Source: Balanoglossus misakiensis
Lineage: Eukaryota > Animalia > Hemichordata
Reading direction: 5' to 3'
Assembly: GCA_040954595.2 (NCBI GenBank)
Contig: CM082588.2
Coordinates: forward strand, 5,716,202-5,780,201
Length of the DNA stretch: 64,000 nt
Part shown: positions 12,774 to 25,285 of the stretch, piece by piece
Numbering within the stretch: position 1 is the first letter of the stretch
Layout: the number at the start of each line of letters is the position of its first letter
The notes under the pieces: generated by a model
Told to the model about the DNA's origin: nothing
Database searches by the model: none
What the model saw: only the letters and a program-made list of their open reading frames with translations
Made by a program: the position numbers and the translations under genes

Positions 12774-15700
12774 ATGTTCTCCAGCCAAACCTTGCGGCAG
12801 TGTCTTGCGATAGGCTGCGTACTAGGCGTTGTGTTCGTAGCGGTGCTCACCGTTCAAGGTAAATTACCACGTCACTTTTTTTACGTTATGACATTATGGC
12901 AGATGAAATGTAGTCTCATACTTCAGATAGTGGTGGTAGTTTTCTAGGGGTAATCTACCGTTTACTTTAGTCAATACTTCTGTGCATTTCCTTACACTTT
13001 GAACCCTTAATCGCCAAACACAAAACACTTCTTGAAGAAACTTTCAAGATATTATAAGTTGATCCTACTCCCGCACTTAACGATCAGTCGTTTTGGCTTT
13101 TTGTTAGTCTTTCTGCCTGTCCCCCAACCCTGTCTCTCTGTCTGTTTATCTGTCTGTTCAGTCTTTCTATTAAATCCACAGAAATTGCGTACCAAGTCGG
13201 CATATAATCTGTGAATATTTCTGCCAAATGTTGGAAGACCCCGAAATGCAATTTTCGAAATCTCGTCCTTTTCACCACATTTCTCCGTACCATGTGTCAT
13301 TAAAACAGTAGCGACCAAGGGCGAAATGTATTATCAAAGGCGTTGTCACTTAAAATTTATCAAAGTTCAATACACAGATTGTTTTATTGCTCTTTATGCG
13401 AAAGGCATGCCAGGGTTGCTGATAGGACTCCCCCTATTTGGAATTTTGTGACCTGGTTATTGTTTTGGAGGTCACTTGAATATTTTTCACAATTGCACTC
13501 TCATATATCACGTAGATATGGCGACGTTGAACAAACAATGGTGTTGATATGAACACCCGTTGCAAGTTCAAGTGTCTCTGGCAGCGAAACTCTGTAATTT
13601 AAACTGTTATCCCTTTTACGTTATATTCAGGTAGTCAAAACTTGTTTACTGATATGTGGTTCTCGTGTAGAAGTGTGTTCTTTGGCCAATTGCCTTCCTA
13701 TTCTATAGGTGAGGGTCAAAAAGCCTGGAAAAGTTTTGTAGATTTGGGTACATTTTCCATTATATTAACAAATGATGTACCTGTATTTAATTGTACCGTA
13801 TACCCTTTGGTAGGTTCACACTTTAGCAACATGCGGAGGGAGGGGGTGTCACTTTTAGTGGTCAACCTCCCTTAGTTCCACGGGCCAATTCCTACAGGGT
13901 TCTCTAAATCCGAGTGTGACAAGGGCTTCTTCTCCCCTTGCACATTTCTTTGGACAAGCAATGCCACTCTGGTTTTCTTCTTCTTAGAATTTACCAAAGG
14001 AGGTGATATCAACGTTCAAGGACGACATCCCCGCAGTTCAGATGTCGTCGACCCTTCAAAGCAGGGATCTAGTGAAGGCGTGGCCATTCTGGAAGCCCCT
14101 GTCATACCTCGAACGCCAGCATCGATTGGCACACTGGTGATGACGACCACCGAACCAACGGCGACAACACAAACCGACACCACACCGGGAGTCACCAAGG
14201 CGACAACCTCAGCAACCACCATCGCCATGGGAACTGAGATGACCACAGCCACCGGAACCGACGCGATGAGAACTACGGAAAGTGTCACCACTGTCGATTC
14301 GGAAACTGACGTGACACAGACGAGAACGACATCTGCGGTTCCCGGACGAACTACCGCCGTCGTTGGTACAGACGTGTACACGACCACGCCGACCATCACC
14401 CCCACTACCTCCGCGGACGTTGGAACAAACGCATCGCCAGCAAGAACGACGCTTTTCCTCCCAACTCTTGCTTCGACCCGCGCAACGGCTTCAATCTCAC
14501 CGACGACGCTGGCCGCAACGATGCCCGGCGTGCCATCAACGACAGAGGGCCCGGCGACGGATCAAACAGTTGGGGTGACTAGCACTCTACCGAGTACGGA
14601 CGGTCGCACAGCAGAACCCACGACAACAGCAACCTCAGCGGTGACAACCGAGAAAGGTGTAACCACAGAAAGTGACGTCACCACCGCGACTATGAAGACA
14701 ACTGCAGAAGTGACAACCATGAGAAGTACTACACTACGAAATGTGATTGGTCCACTACCAGGAAACAGACCGCCAACATTTCCCCCAGGTACAAAACTCA
14801 CTCACTCACTCACTCGCTCTCAGTCAGTCTATTCACTTCTTGAAGTGTCAAATTACATGATTTCTTCCCACAACGACATAGGTATGTCATCGAATTGAAG
14901 TACAATGTAATTGAATTGAATTTATTGGATGCTAGTATGTTTATGTTTTCCGTGAAAGGTTGGAAGCCATGGAAGAAGTACTTTTTCCGAATTATTTTGC
15001 GATATCTCTTGCGTGCATGGGAGGAAGTCATACGGGAAGACATTGAAAAAATAGTAAGTCTTTCGGCGAATACTTTGTCATTTTACTCTAATGAACAAAA
15101 ATACGTAGTGGTTATTTACTTGTTTTTATCTCTCGCCAATACTGAAAACTAACAACGAAACAGCAACGACGTGCACTTTTTACACATTGTTATTCATGCT
15201 AGAGTCTGTATGTATCTGTACTATGTCTTATTCTTTCTCTCCTTCTATCCCACACCTTAGTTCTGTCCCTACTACAGAGAGCGCTTCCCGGATGCTTTCA
15301 TTGAATGCAAAGTCTCTGACATTCTGTAAGTATGACAAAAGTATACATGAATTCCAAACACATAACTGAAATAAGATGGTTTTTTTAGTTTACCGTCAAT
15401 ACAAGGCAATTTAGAATATGTTCATGATATTCGATCAGAAAATCTTATATGGTCAGACTTATTCCCCGTAACCGGGCGCATGAGATCACGTAATCCATAA
15501 TTCCTCAACAGATTGCCGGGACCGTTTGCCAGATACACCAGAAGTATCGAAGCAGAGACCAATGTGTCGGTGACATATGACGTCATATATGACGCGAGCA
15601 GTGATGTCGCAGAGCTATCTGCCGAGAAAATCTACGAACAGTCAGGGTTGAAAGAGGACATCGAAAACGGCGCCATTGAGGGTAACTTCACCGTGGTGGC

Positions 15701-17340
15701 AGAGCCGTGCGAATTCGATGATTGTGGAGGTAAGATTCAGACGTCGGACTTTCAAAGCCCTTAAGAACTACCACTTTTTGCATTATTTTTCATGGTTTTA
15801 GTTTCCTACTTAGATTGGTTCATTTAAATAATTTAAACGTACATGTTTTTTCGCAGAAGATGACGTGAATTGGTGTGAAAACGCCGAATGCGATTCTGAA
15901 TTCACCCCAGGCGATGACGGCAGCGGGTGTGCGTGTCAGTCGAAATGCAGGCACGCATTTTGTAGAAACGAGGGGATTTGTGAACATTCAGAGGCGGGCA
16001 TCTCCTGCAGGTATGTGTGTCCATGTCATTAGTAGAAAGAATCTTACATGTACGTATGGTTGTTGAGAAATTATACACCTCTGCAATCCGTATGTGGCGA
16101 GGGTTTCAGGGTCCAGATAAGAATCGTGTGTCGTGAAGGATCTCGATTACGTTCGGGCCCTAATTCTCTTTCTGTGCAAATGCTTGTTTCTGTTCCCCAG
16201 CTGTCGATCCGGTAATGGATGGACCTACATCGGCGTGCAATGCGACCAGATATGGTACATCAGCTACACTATACTCATTTTTGTCTCCGTGCTGGTGCTG
16301 ATGTTGTTGACCACTGTTGTACTGGTAATTTACTGCCTCAAGCGAAGGCGAAAGGACATACAACAAGCGAAGATGAAAGCTACCGGTAAATGGTTTTCAA
16401 GGTAGGTATCTCAACCTTTCTGCACATACGTGAATCTTACGTTTGCACAGATCTCGAAGGGATACGTGAACTTCTATCTATTTATTTTCAGCAAACCGGG
16501 CGAAAGCTGGCTTAGTTATTTCAACGAAGCGTTCCAGCCGCTCTCCGAATCACCAGCCGACCACACCCAAGAAACGAACCCTCGCGGTCTCGAGTCGACA
16601 TGGATAAGCAACAGGTCATCCGGGTACCGCGGCGAGTCCAGCGAAGCGCCCTCCATCGAGATGGGCGAGTGTTCCCCGCAGCCACACCACGGTCAGGCCC
16701 CAGGCACCGGTGATTTGTGGACGAACGAATTTGCCGAAACGAGTCTTCAGACCGCCGAAGGGATGGACGGCAGTGCGCGAAGTGGCGGGGAACCGAAGTC
16801 TCCCAACGAAGGGCTGTCTTATGGAATGAGCCACATGTACGCAGGCAAAAACGCCGGCGAGAATTTAAGGCCGGCCCCAAAACAGGGAGTAGCCACCCAA
16901 ACGGGAAGCAGCAACCAGCCGTACAAATTCAACCCTACAGTGAGTAACATAGACCCGAACGTTGAGGTATGTAGATATAATTTTCTTCCAAGCGAGTTTC
17001 ATGTTCCGATGTGCAATGGTGAAATACATAACACAAGGGCGTCGGTTGAGAAAAAAAAATCGTGTTATTGAAGTTTGACAAAAATCAACTGCAACGGGTT
17101 TACCAGTTGTTAATGTTTATATAGATATCTTTAGTGCTTAAATTCGTAGCTATTACTTCTCCTTTGCTGTTTAGATTATTCTGTACGCAACAATACATTT
17201 TGCAATAGCGCTCATGGCGTTGTTTTAATGAAAATTGGACTAAGGACTCCACATACAAGATATTAGTGTGCTTTCTCTTTAATTTTCAGATTCGTATTAA
17301 GCGACCAACCATTGTTCTGAGACAGCCATACTCGGAATAG
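12774..17340 (+). CDS. Transmembrane mucin A (signal peptide, Thr-rich PTS domain, SEA-like domain, EGF-like region, TM, cytoplasmic tail), MUC3/12/17-like, ~714 aa
   Basis: Exons 12774-12858, 13988-14788, 14959-15053, 15261-15325, 15512-15729, 15857-16010, 16201-16401, 16492-16966, 17290-17340 (2145 nt, GT-AG, in frame). Signal MFSSQTLRQCLAIGCVLGVVFVAVLTVQ; PTS exon; EGF CRHAFCRNEGICEHSEAGISCSCRSGNGWTYIGVQC; TM ILIFVSVLVLMLLTTVVLVIYCL followed by KRRRK. Confidence 0.88.
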
Positions 17341-17987
17341 CGATCAACATCGACAGATTTGGTAATTTACGACAACGTGCCACCAAAAGGAACGGGGTGT
17401 GTTCGTGAAATTATCGCGTCAGTTCTCATAAATAATATGGAGAGGGAATGGATATGCGAGAAGATCAACATTAAACTGCACTTGTGTAGGATGGCGAAAA
17501 ATACTCAAGGTTTCCACAAGGTTCAACAGTTTCAAGAATCCTGTCTTAAGAAGAGAATTTAATGACGGAACTGTTTATACAATTGAAGTTGAAATAACAT
17601 TATACAACCATGTTTAGAATTAGTAAACTACAGTAGGAAGATCAAATTTTGAATAATGTACAACTTTAGTGATTTTTTACAATACTCTTACGCAAAGCAA
17701 GTAACTGTATAACAGCAATATTTACCATTACCCGGTGACCATTTACTAGTATCTCTAGTTTTGCACCCTTTAAAGGTCACATGTTGAACCCACGCTATGA
17801 TTTTTCATAATACATTGACTTCCGAAATTAATCACGGATAAATATATGATCATGTGATTGCAATTACTACACAAAACTTCCTTATTATTAGTTTGATCAC
17901 ACTCTCCGTGTATTCTTGAAATAACGGCCGACTGTGTCGCTTATAAAGTTGTTATGTAACTGACGGACGTGTCTGTCTGTCACTGAC

Positions 17988-18026
<39 letters not shown>

Positions 18027-18713
18027 GTATGTATTGTTGAAAGACGCTGCCACCCACTGTACGTTTGTTAATATTCCGCAACGAGAGAAAATTATCACTT
18101 GTCTTATTTTATCATTATGTAGGTTTGTAATTGCAATACAGCATGATAGGCTATCTAAATTGCGCTGTTAAATGAAATACCCGCAGTCGTAGGTTGATAC
18201 AAGGCTTATCCCATCGGTACAGCTATCTAACATTATAGCTTTAAGATAGGCGCCGGGCTTATGCGTGTCTCATGCTTGATCGTGAAGGTCTGCTGGTAGC
18301 AACTAGAGCAAATATCATCAACTCGTATATTAACCATTTAGTGCATGGGTACTCCTCTATACATGTACATTGTCCATAGGAATTTAGGTCTGAGAAGGTT
18401 AACAGTGATAAAGTATTTTATTTAAATAAAAAAACGATAAATATTTCGTTACCTGGTAGCAATTCTACCGGACAGGAGATAAAGATGACTTATGACATCC
18501 CAGCATATTATAATTATCACGCCACGATTATCTGTGATTGGCAGTATGATAACAACCACACCCATGCTGAAACGTTACGTACGCGTCAAGATCCGGGTTA
18601 TCTTGGGACAATGTTTTTTCATCGGCGAATGGTTCAGGAAGCGGAATATTACAGCTGCGTATTAAAGAAGTCTCAAAAGGTTCCCTTCAACACTGGGTGT
18701 ATATAGTGACAAG

Positions 18714-21700
18714 ATGAACAACGGTCCATACTTGCGATTGAACCTGTCCGTAGACTTTGCGTGCGTTTTGTGTTTGGCGATGTTCACATCTTCCCACGCC
18801 TGGCGTAAGTATATATACAGGTCCTTATCTTTCTCAGCTTGGCAAAGAATCGGCGTTTGTTTCCTGTTACGTGCAAGCTCAGCGAGCTGGAGTTGATGGA
18901 GCGTTATTTGACAACTACAGGCTGAAAGTTTATGATTTCAAGATGGAAAACGCCACTAAGCTTCAGAATTAATGTAGTTCTCTAAGTTCCACTGTTCTGG
19001 CTGTGACGCAGAGCCCACAATTTATGGTTGTTTGTTTTAGGCTATTCAGGTATCGTGTGGGATTCTAGCCGTGGAAACACAGCTGTTTGGTGTGTGTGTG
19101 TGTGTGTAGGGGGGGGGATACATGTACTAGTTTCCCCACCAAACGAGCATATCCCCACCCAATTGCTGTGTTTCCACATCTAGTGAGATTCACGTGTAGT
19201 CAATCGATAATATAATGCGTGTTAGACTAGCCCACTAGTCGCTTGGTGATTTTTAAATCTCAATACTTTTGTATTTTCGGTGGTGTTTTGTCTTAATCAA
19301 TAATTGCAATACTTTTTGCGAACATGCTTGCCTTGAGCGTGTTTTTTGTAGTGAGGTGAGTTTCGAATTTGGGACTGAGCTTGTGGTTTCGGGTGGCTAC
19401 GCGTTCCCTACACATAATGAAGCCCATAGACTTGGAGCAAGTCTAAATGCGTGTGTTTTTTATATTCAAAGTCCACTATCAGTACACGTATAGGCTATTT
19501 TTTCAGTAGCTTTATTCTGTGTATTAACCACGGTTTCTTGTTCGGGTCCCCGGGGTAGTGTTCAATGCATAGTCTCCCTCTTTTCAACATAGCCCCATGT
19601 GCGCAATTGACACTGTTATTGATTCAAAATTGTGACCAAGTCCGGACTTGTAAACAACAACAATGGTCGGTACGTATAAACATGGCTTGAATACAAGCGG
19701 AAAATTGGCCGTGGTGGGATTCTAAGGGGAACAGGAACATTTATTTGATACGCACAACAAAAATTCTGATAAACGAGCAGGAAGTTACAGCTATGGTAAC
19801 CCTTCAAAGTGATACAAAACCCTGTGTTTAGCACGGGCACGACGAAGCCCTCACCACGTCTATGACTAACGTACACCGTCTATCTCGGCCATATCAGCCC
19901 AAGTAGACCACTGACCCGATTACGGGTAATAAATCAGCGGTCATCAGATCAGTGGAGATTAAATTAAATCATACCACGTATTAAATACCATTGCCACGGT
20001 GTGTCTGGATCGTCCCAGCGACGTTGCATGACAACTGATGAATGGAATGTGTCGCTGATGCTACGTGATCGACGACTCGTAATTGCCGCCGACGTGAATT
20101 AGCACGGGGTAGGGTTAGGATTACGGCGAATACCACAAACAACCCCCAAAGAACAAACAAAAAAACCAAACAAACAACAACCAACAAGCAAACAGACAGA
20201 CAGACAAACAACCACAAACATACACACACATTGGTGTACAGTGCCACACCTTAATAACAAACATTGCCTCTTCAGTGATTGCAAATACACAAATACACGC
20301 ACACACATACACACGCATATAAAGGATGTCAAAATTTCAATCAATTGAAGGGTCAAGGACAAGTACATTTTTCTTAAAGAACAAGATGATGTTGTTGTTA
20401 AGTAATTGACAATTAACAATTATTTAGTAAGCGCCTAGCCATGGGGACAGATTGTCAGAAAATTACAAAGTCTAGTTTTTTTGTAAACTTTGAACTGTCC
20501 AAACAAAACAAAACAAAACAAACATTATAATATGTAAATATTAAACTGACGCATGGCTTGTATAAGAATTATATGTATACTTGCATAGTGGAATTGTCTG
20601 TCTTTACAACACTGATAAAATATTTCAATTCATTTCGTACACTTTTTCGCGCATACTAAGAGGCGTGACATTGCCTTTTGACCCTTTCCCGGAAAAGAGG
20701 CGTCATTTTTTCTTGGACTAACATATTTGTGTGTTTATTTTTGTTTGTTAAATTTCTGTCCGAAGTCGTTGGCAACGATGTCGACCACGTGATCACTGAG
20801 CGACATTCACGGCCTTTCACTGACAACGACAGCAAGCCTGATATCAAGAATAGAGAGGTTGGTATAACCCTGAAACAAAATGGAAGCGTAGTCCGCAACA
20901 TTCAGCCGAGGCTAGGTACGAAGGACGTCTCGCCGCCCATCCCCGTCCATTTAGCATTCAGTGGTACTTCACCTTTGCCTGGGACGGAGATCATGATGAC
21001 GAGTACTCAACAAATGCACACGGATCAGGAAACCGACGTGTCGTCACCAATGATAACCTCGGCGCTCATGACAACTACGTCAGCCATGCAGACGGACCTG
21101 TCGACAGCCGCGTCAAGGGAAGCAACGACGGTTGCAGGTACGGAGGTGGCCATGACGACAATACTCACGACTACCGAGGAGGCAGAAACGGACGTCACAA
21201 GCCCACGTGCGACTGTTTCCTCCACACCGACGTCGGACCAGTCGACAAATTCGCTAGAAACGACAGTCTCCCCGACAACGTCCGCCATCGGCACTGAAAC
21301 TTTCACAACTTCGGGACTGTCTACAACGGATGATATTCAGACGGACCAAACGACGGAACGAGCTACATCGACCCCAACGATGCACTTCACTTTAGACACT
21401 TCGACAACAATTGTGACAGAAGTCACATCTTCACCAGGCACCGAAAGAATGACATCGGTTATACCTACTGGTACTACTGCAGATATGGAGACTGACCAAA
21501 CGACAACCCAGACAACAGTGACCTCAACGACTCAATTTACCACGGAGACATCAACGCCAACGTCACCCTTAGCGACATCAGCGGAGTTAACAACCATGGC
21601 AACCATATCCGAGACCACAGAAGATGCAGGGACGGACGTGCCGTCGCCAGTGGCAACGACTGCGCCTATGGAAACCACGTCAGCGGCACCAAGAGAACCA

Positions 21701-24700
21701 ACGACGGTTGCCGGTACGGAGGTGGCCATGACAACAATGCTCACGACTACGGAGGAGGCAGAAACTGACGTCACAAGCCCACGGGCGACTGTTTCCTCCA
21801 CCCCGACGCCGGACCAGTCGACAAATTCGCTAGAAACGACAGTGTTTCCAACAACGTCCTCCGTCGGCACTGAAACTTTCACAACTTCAGGACTGTCTAC
21901 AACGGAGGGAATAGAGACGGACCAAACGACAATACGAACTACAACAACCACGCCCACAGGGAGTGTAACAACTGTATCACAGTCGACACAAGCCACACAG
22001 ACAGGTGCCGTTTCTACGCTCCTACAATCAACGAGCTATCTGGGCTCAACCTCTGCGACCTCACAAGTGTTAACAACCACGCCCTTCGAAACCACACACA
22101 GCACAACTCCAATAAGAACGACACTCGCAAATGTGATTGGCCCGTTACCCGAAGACGAGCCGGCGGAATACCCAGGTGAGTGGATAACGCACAGATGTGT
22201 TTTGAACCAACACCGGCCTTAACGATCTCCCTTGTGACAGAACCAGTTCATTTTTAGACACGAAGTAGTGCACAGAATTCATTTTATTTATGTCACATAC
22301 AAATTGCGTGACAAATACAATTTCTCGGTAAAACGCCGTTGAAGCAAGTTTAGTGTTGAAAGTAATTTCCTCGAAGATAAACACGGAAAATAAATTTCCG
22401 GTAATATACATGTAACTGTCAGCCTTCTTTAGAACTTACAAAAAATCATTTACGACGAAAACCTTGCCATAATGCTACATACTCACCCACAGAGGGCGAA
22501 TCACCAGACAAGACGTACTACTACAATATGGTTTTGACCTATGATACAGATGTGTCGGAGGAACAAGTGGAAAATGACGTCAAAGAAATTGTGAGTCATT
22601 TTAGCTTCTGTCGTTATGCAGCATTGAATCATTTATCGTATATCATATCTTCGGCTCCCCTATGTTAACCAATATTAGGTATCGGTCTTTGTCATACGTT
22701 CTCGTCTTTCTAAGAAAGTTCATTTGTTCTTTACTTCTCTCTCTCTAACCTCCGTCCTTATCTGTCTGTCTGTCTGTCTGCCTGTCTGTCTATCTGTTTC
22801 TGTTAGTTCTGCCCATACTACGAGGGGTTTGACGAACAAGCTTTCGTTGACTGCTACGCTACCTCTGTAAAGTAAGTAACGAAATTCTGGCCACAGTTCG
22901 TATAATTATTCAATATTCTAACATTCATGCTCATCTTATTGATGATCCTCCGCTCTCTACAGGAAGGACTATATAGACGCTTCATGCGATGGTGCCTCCA
23001 GCCTATCCTGTTTGCAGGTGTATGATAATACATGTGTATGACGTAATAAAATGAACGTAGTACATGTAAACCCTAGGCCATTTTCATGACCCCTACATGA
23101 CCTTACCTTGTCTTCTATCTTTTCCCAAGTTTTACCACAGACGATCCTACTACGAGACTGCGCGCAAGTGCCGCAGCATCTGAACAAAATGTGTCTGTAT
23201 CCTATGACGTCATTTACAACGCAACCAGCGAAGTCGCCAGTCTCGAGGCCGACGAGATCTACGTGCAATGTGGGTTGAAAGAGGATCTTGACAACGGGAC
23301 TGTGGAGGGAAATTTCACGGTGGCTCAACAGCCATGTGAGACCAGCTGTGGTGGTAACTTTGATTTCTAATTTCTTTGTTCTACGTGCACGCGTTACTTC
23401 ACCACACCATCATAACAATGCCCATGCGCGTATCACTTGCTAATGCTGACGTTTATGATATACCACGTACAACGTCATCAGTTTTTGCTGCCCCGGAACA
23501 TTTCGTATTGTTTTGCCTTTACAACATCATCATGGTGCACGAAAATCAGGAATGAACAAAACACATGGAATTCTCGGTAAATAATATCAACGAATTGGTA
23601 TTTAGGCTCTGGTGCTCCATTTCAGACACAATGTCCTTTAATGTATTTTTGTTTCGAACAGAAAAACCGGTGGACTGGTGTGATGGCGCTGTATGCAGTC
23701 CAGATTTCACACCTGTGGACGATGGCAGCAGCTGCGTCTGCGAGTCGAACTGCAAACACCAATACTGCTTGAACGAGGGTCTTTGTGAACACCCGGCTGA
23801 AGGCATCTCGTGCACGTATGTACAGCACAGCAACAATATCATGACATGTTAGAGATAATCGCTATTACATTATCTAGTTCAGATTGTGATTGAGTATTCA
23901 TGCATGTACCTCTGTAACCTCTGTACCTACTATAACCAAGACAACTTCAAAAGTGAGCGGCTGTACCCCATTAACTATGCAGAAAATTCTTATACCCTCA
24001 GATGCCGTTCTGGTAATGGTTGGACTTATGTTGGCGATCAGTGCGAGCGGATATGGTATTATGGCTATACCGCCCTCGCCATCGGCTGTGTTCTGCTTAT
24101 GGCCATCGTTGGTATTACGATCTACTGCTGTTACTCGCGACGGCGGAAGAAGGACGTGGAACGGATGATGGAAGGGGACGACGCACGTGTTGAAGAAGTT
24201 ACATTCGCCAGGTAGGGGTCGTCAGCACATACGCCCAACCAAGACCTCTATTGTCATGTTATATGACAAGTTGGATAATATCGTTTGGCCCGGCATTAAA
24301 CACTTCATCAACAACACAAAGCTATGCCTTAAGTATTAAAGGGACATTAGGCCTATCCGTAACTCTTGACTTTATTTGCTGTATTTTTGTTCTATGTATC
24401 AACTGCAATTTCTTGCTGTACTCCAAATTCACCGAAAATCGTTGCTTTAGACTGTCATCCATAATTCTGTCAAATATTGAATTTCAATCATGAGTCGTTT
24501 CCTAAAGGGTGACCCACTTCTTATTTTTTCAGTCCCCTCTATGGCACCCATCCGTTTACAATCTTCAACGAAGGCTTCGAGACAGAGGGCGAGGAAATCC
24601 TCGCGAACGAGGTTGCTGAAGCTATGGTATTCGAGCGAACCTGGGTGGGGAACAGGAAGAACGCGAAAGATTCATCGACCGACGAACATTCGATAGGAGC

Positions 24701-25066
24701 ACCCTCTGTTGATACGAGTGAATTTTCAACAGACAGCGGAGCACGGGGAGAATTCGCTGCCCACAACATTTGGAGCAAGCGACTTCCCGAAACAAGGTTT
24801 CAAACTCCAGAGGGCGATTCGAGGACTTCAGTGGCAGCTACTGAAAAAGATTCTTTTCGCGGAACTTTTACGTTCCCAGACGACAGTGATCGTGTTCGTG
24901 TGTGGAATCCGACAGTGGAGCACATAGATCCAGATATAGAGGTTAGTGTGGATAGATGGATAGATGGATGGATGGATGGATGAATGAATGAATGAATGAA
25001 TGAATGAACGAACGAACGAACGAATGAATGAATGAATGAAGGATAGATCATTCAGTCGGTCATTTG

Positions 25067-25099
<33 letters not shown>

Positions 25100-25285
25100 C
25101 AAACCAACCAACCAACCAACCAACCAATCAATCCAAAGTTCCAACTTCTGAGAACACGCATGTACTGAATTATGCTCTCCCTGCTTTTCCAGATTCGCAT
25201 TCTCAGACCGTCGATAATACTAGCGGCCCCGTACCCCGGACAGATTGACGGTGTCGATAACATTGACATGGAAAGCTATTTTTGA
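18714..25285 (+). CDS. Transmembrane mucin B, tandem paralogue of mucin A, ~917 aa, ends in a class I PDZ-binding motif (ESYF)
   Basis: Exons 18714-18804, 20766-22175, 22493-22590, 22807-22871, 23130-23353, 23662-23815, 24002-24211, 24533-24941, 25193-25285 (2754 nt). Exon number and phases match mucin A. Shared blocks: TTLxNVIGPLP, FCPYY, NVSVxYDVIY, GLKEDxxNGxxEGNFTV, CRSGNGWTYxGxQC, NPTVxxIDPxxEIRIxRP. The first exon is less certain than the rest. Confidence 0.86.
21116..21930 (+). repeat. Internal ~240-bp direct duplication within the mucin B PTS exon (copies ~21116-21354 and ~21692-21930, offset 576 nt)
   Basis: REATTVAGTEVAMTTILTTTEEAETDVTSPRATVSSTPTSDQSTNSLETTV...TDQTT recurs as REPTTVAGTEVAMTTMLTTTEEAETDVTSPRATVSSTPTPDQSTNSLETTV...TDQTT with near-identical DNA. 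Confidence 0.9.
24950..25132. repeat. Compound tetranucleotide microsatellite (GGAT/GAAT/GAAC...CAAT/CAAC)
   Basis: Direct inspection; lies in the last intron of mucin B. Confidence 0.93.

Noticed and set aside
22963-23017. Possible extra exon in mucin B (good acceptor, CAG|gtg donor)
   Set aside because: Inclusion shifts the frame into a stop and mucin A has no counterpart. It could at most make a secreted or NMD isoform; no support.
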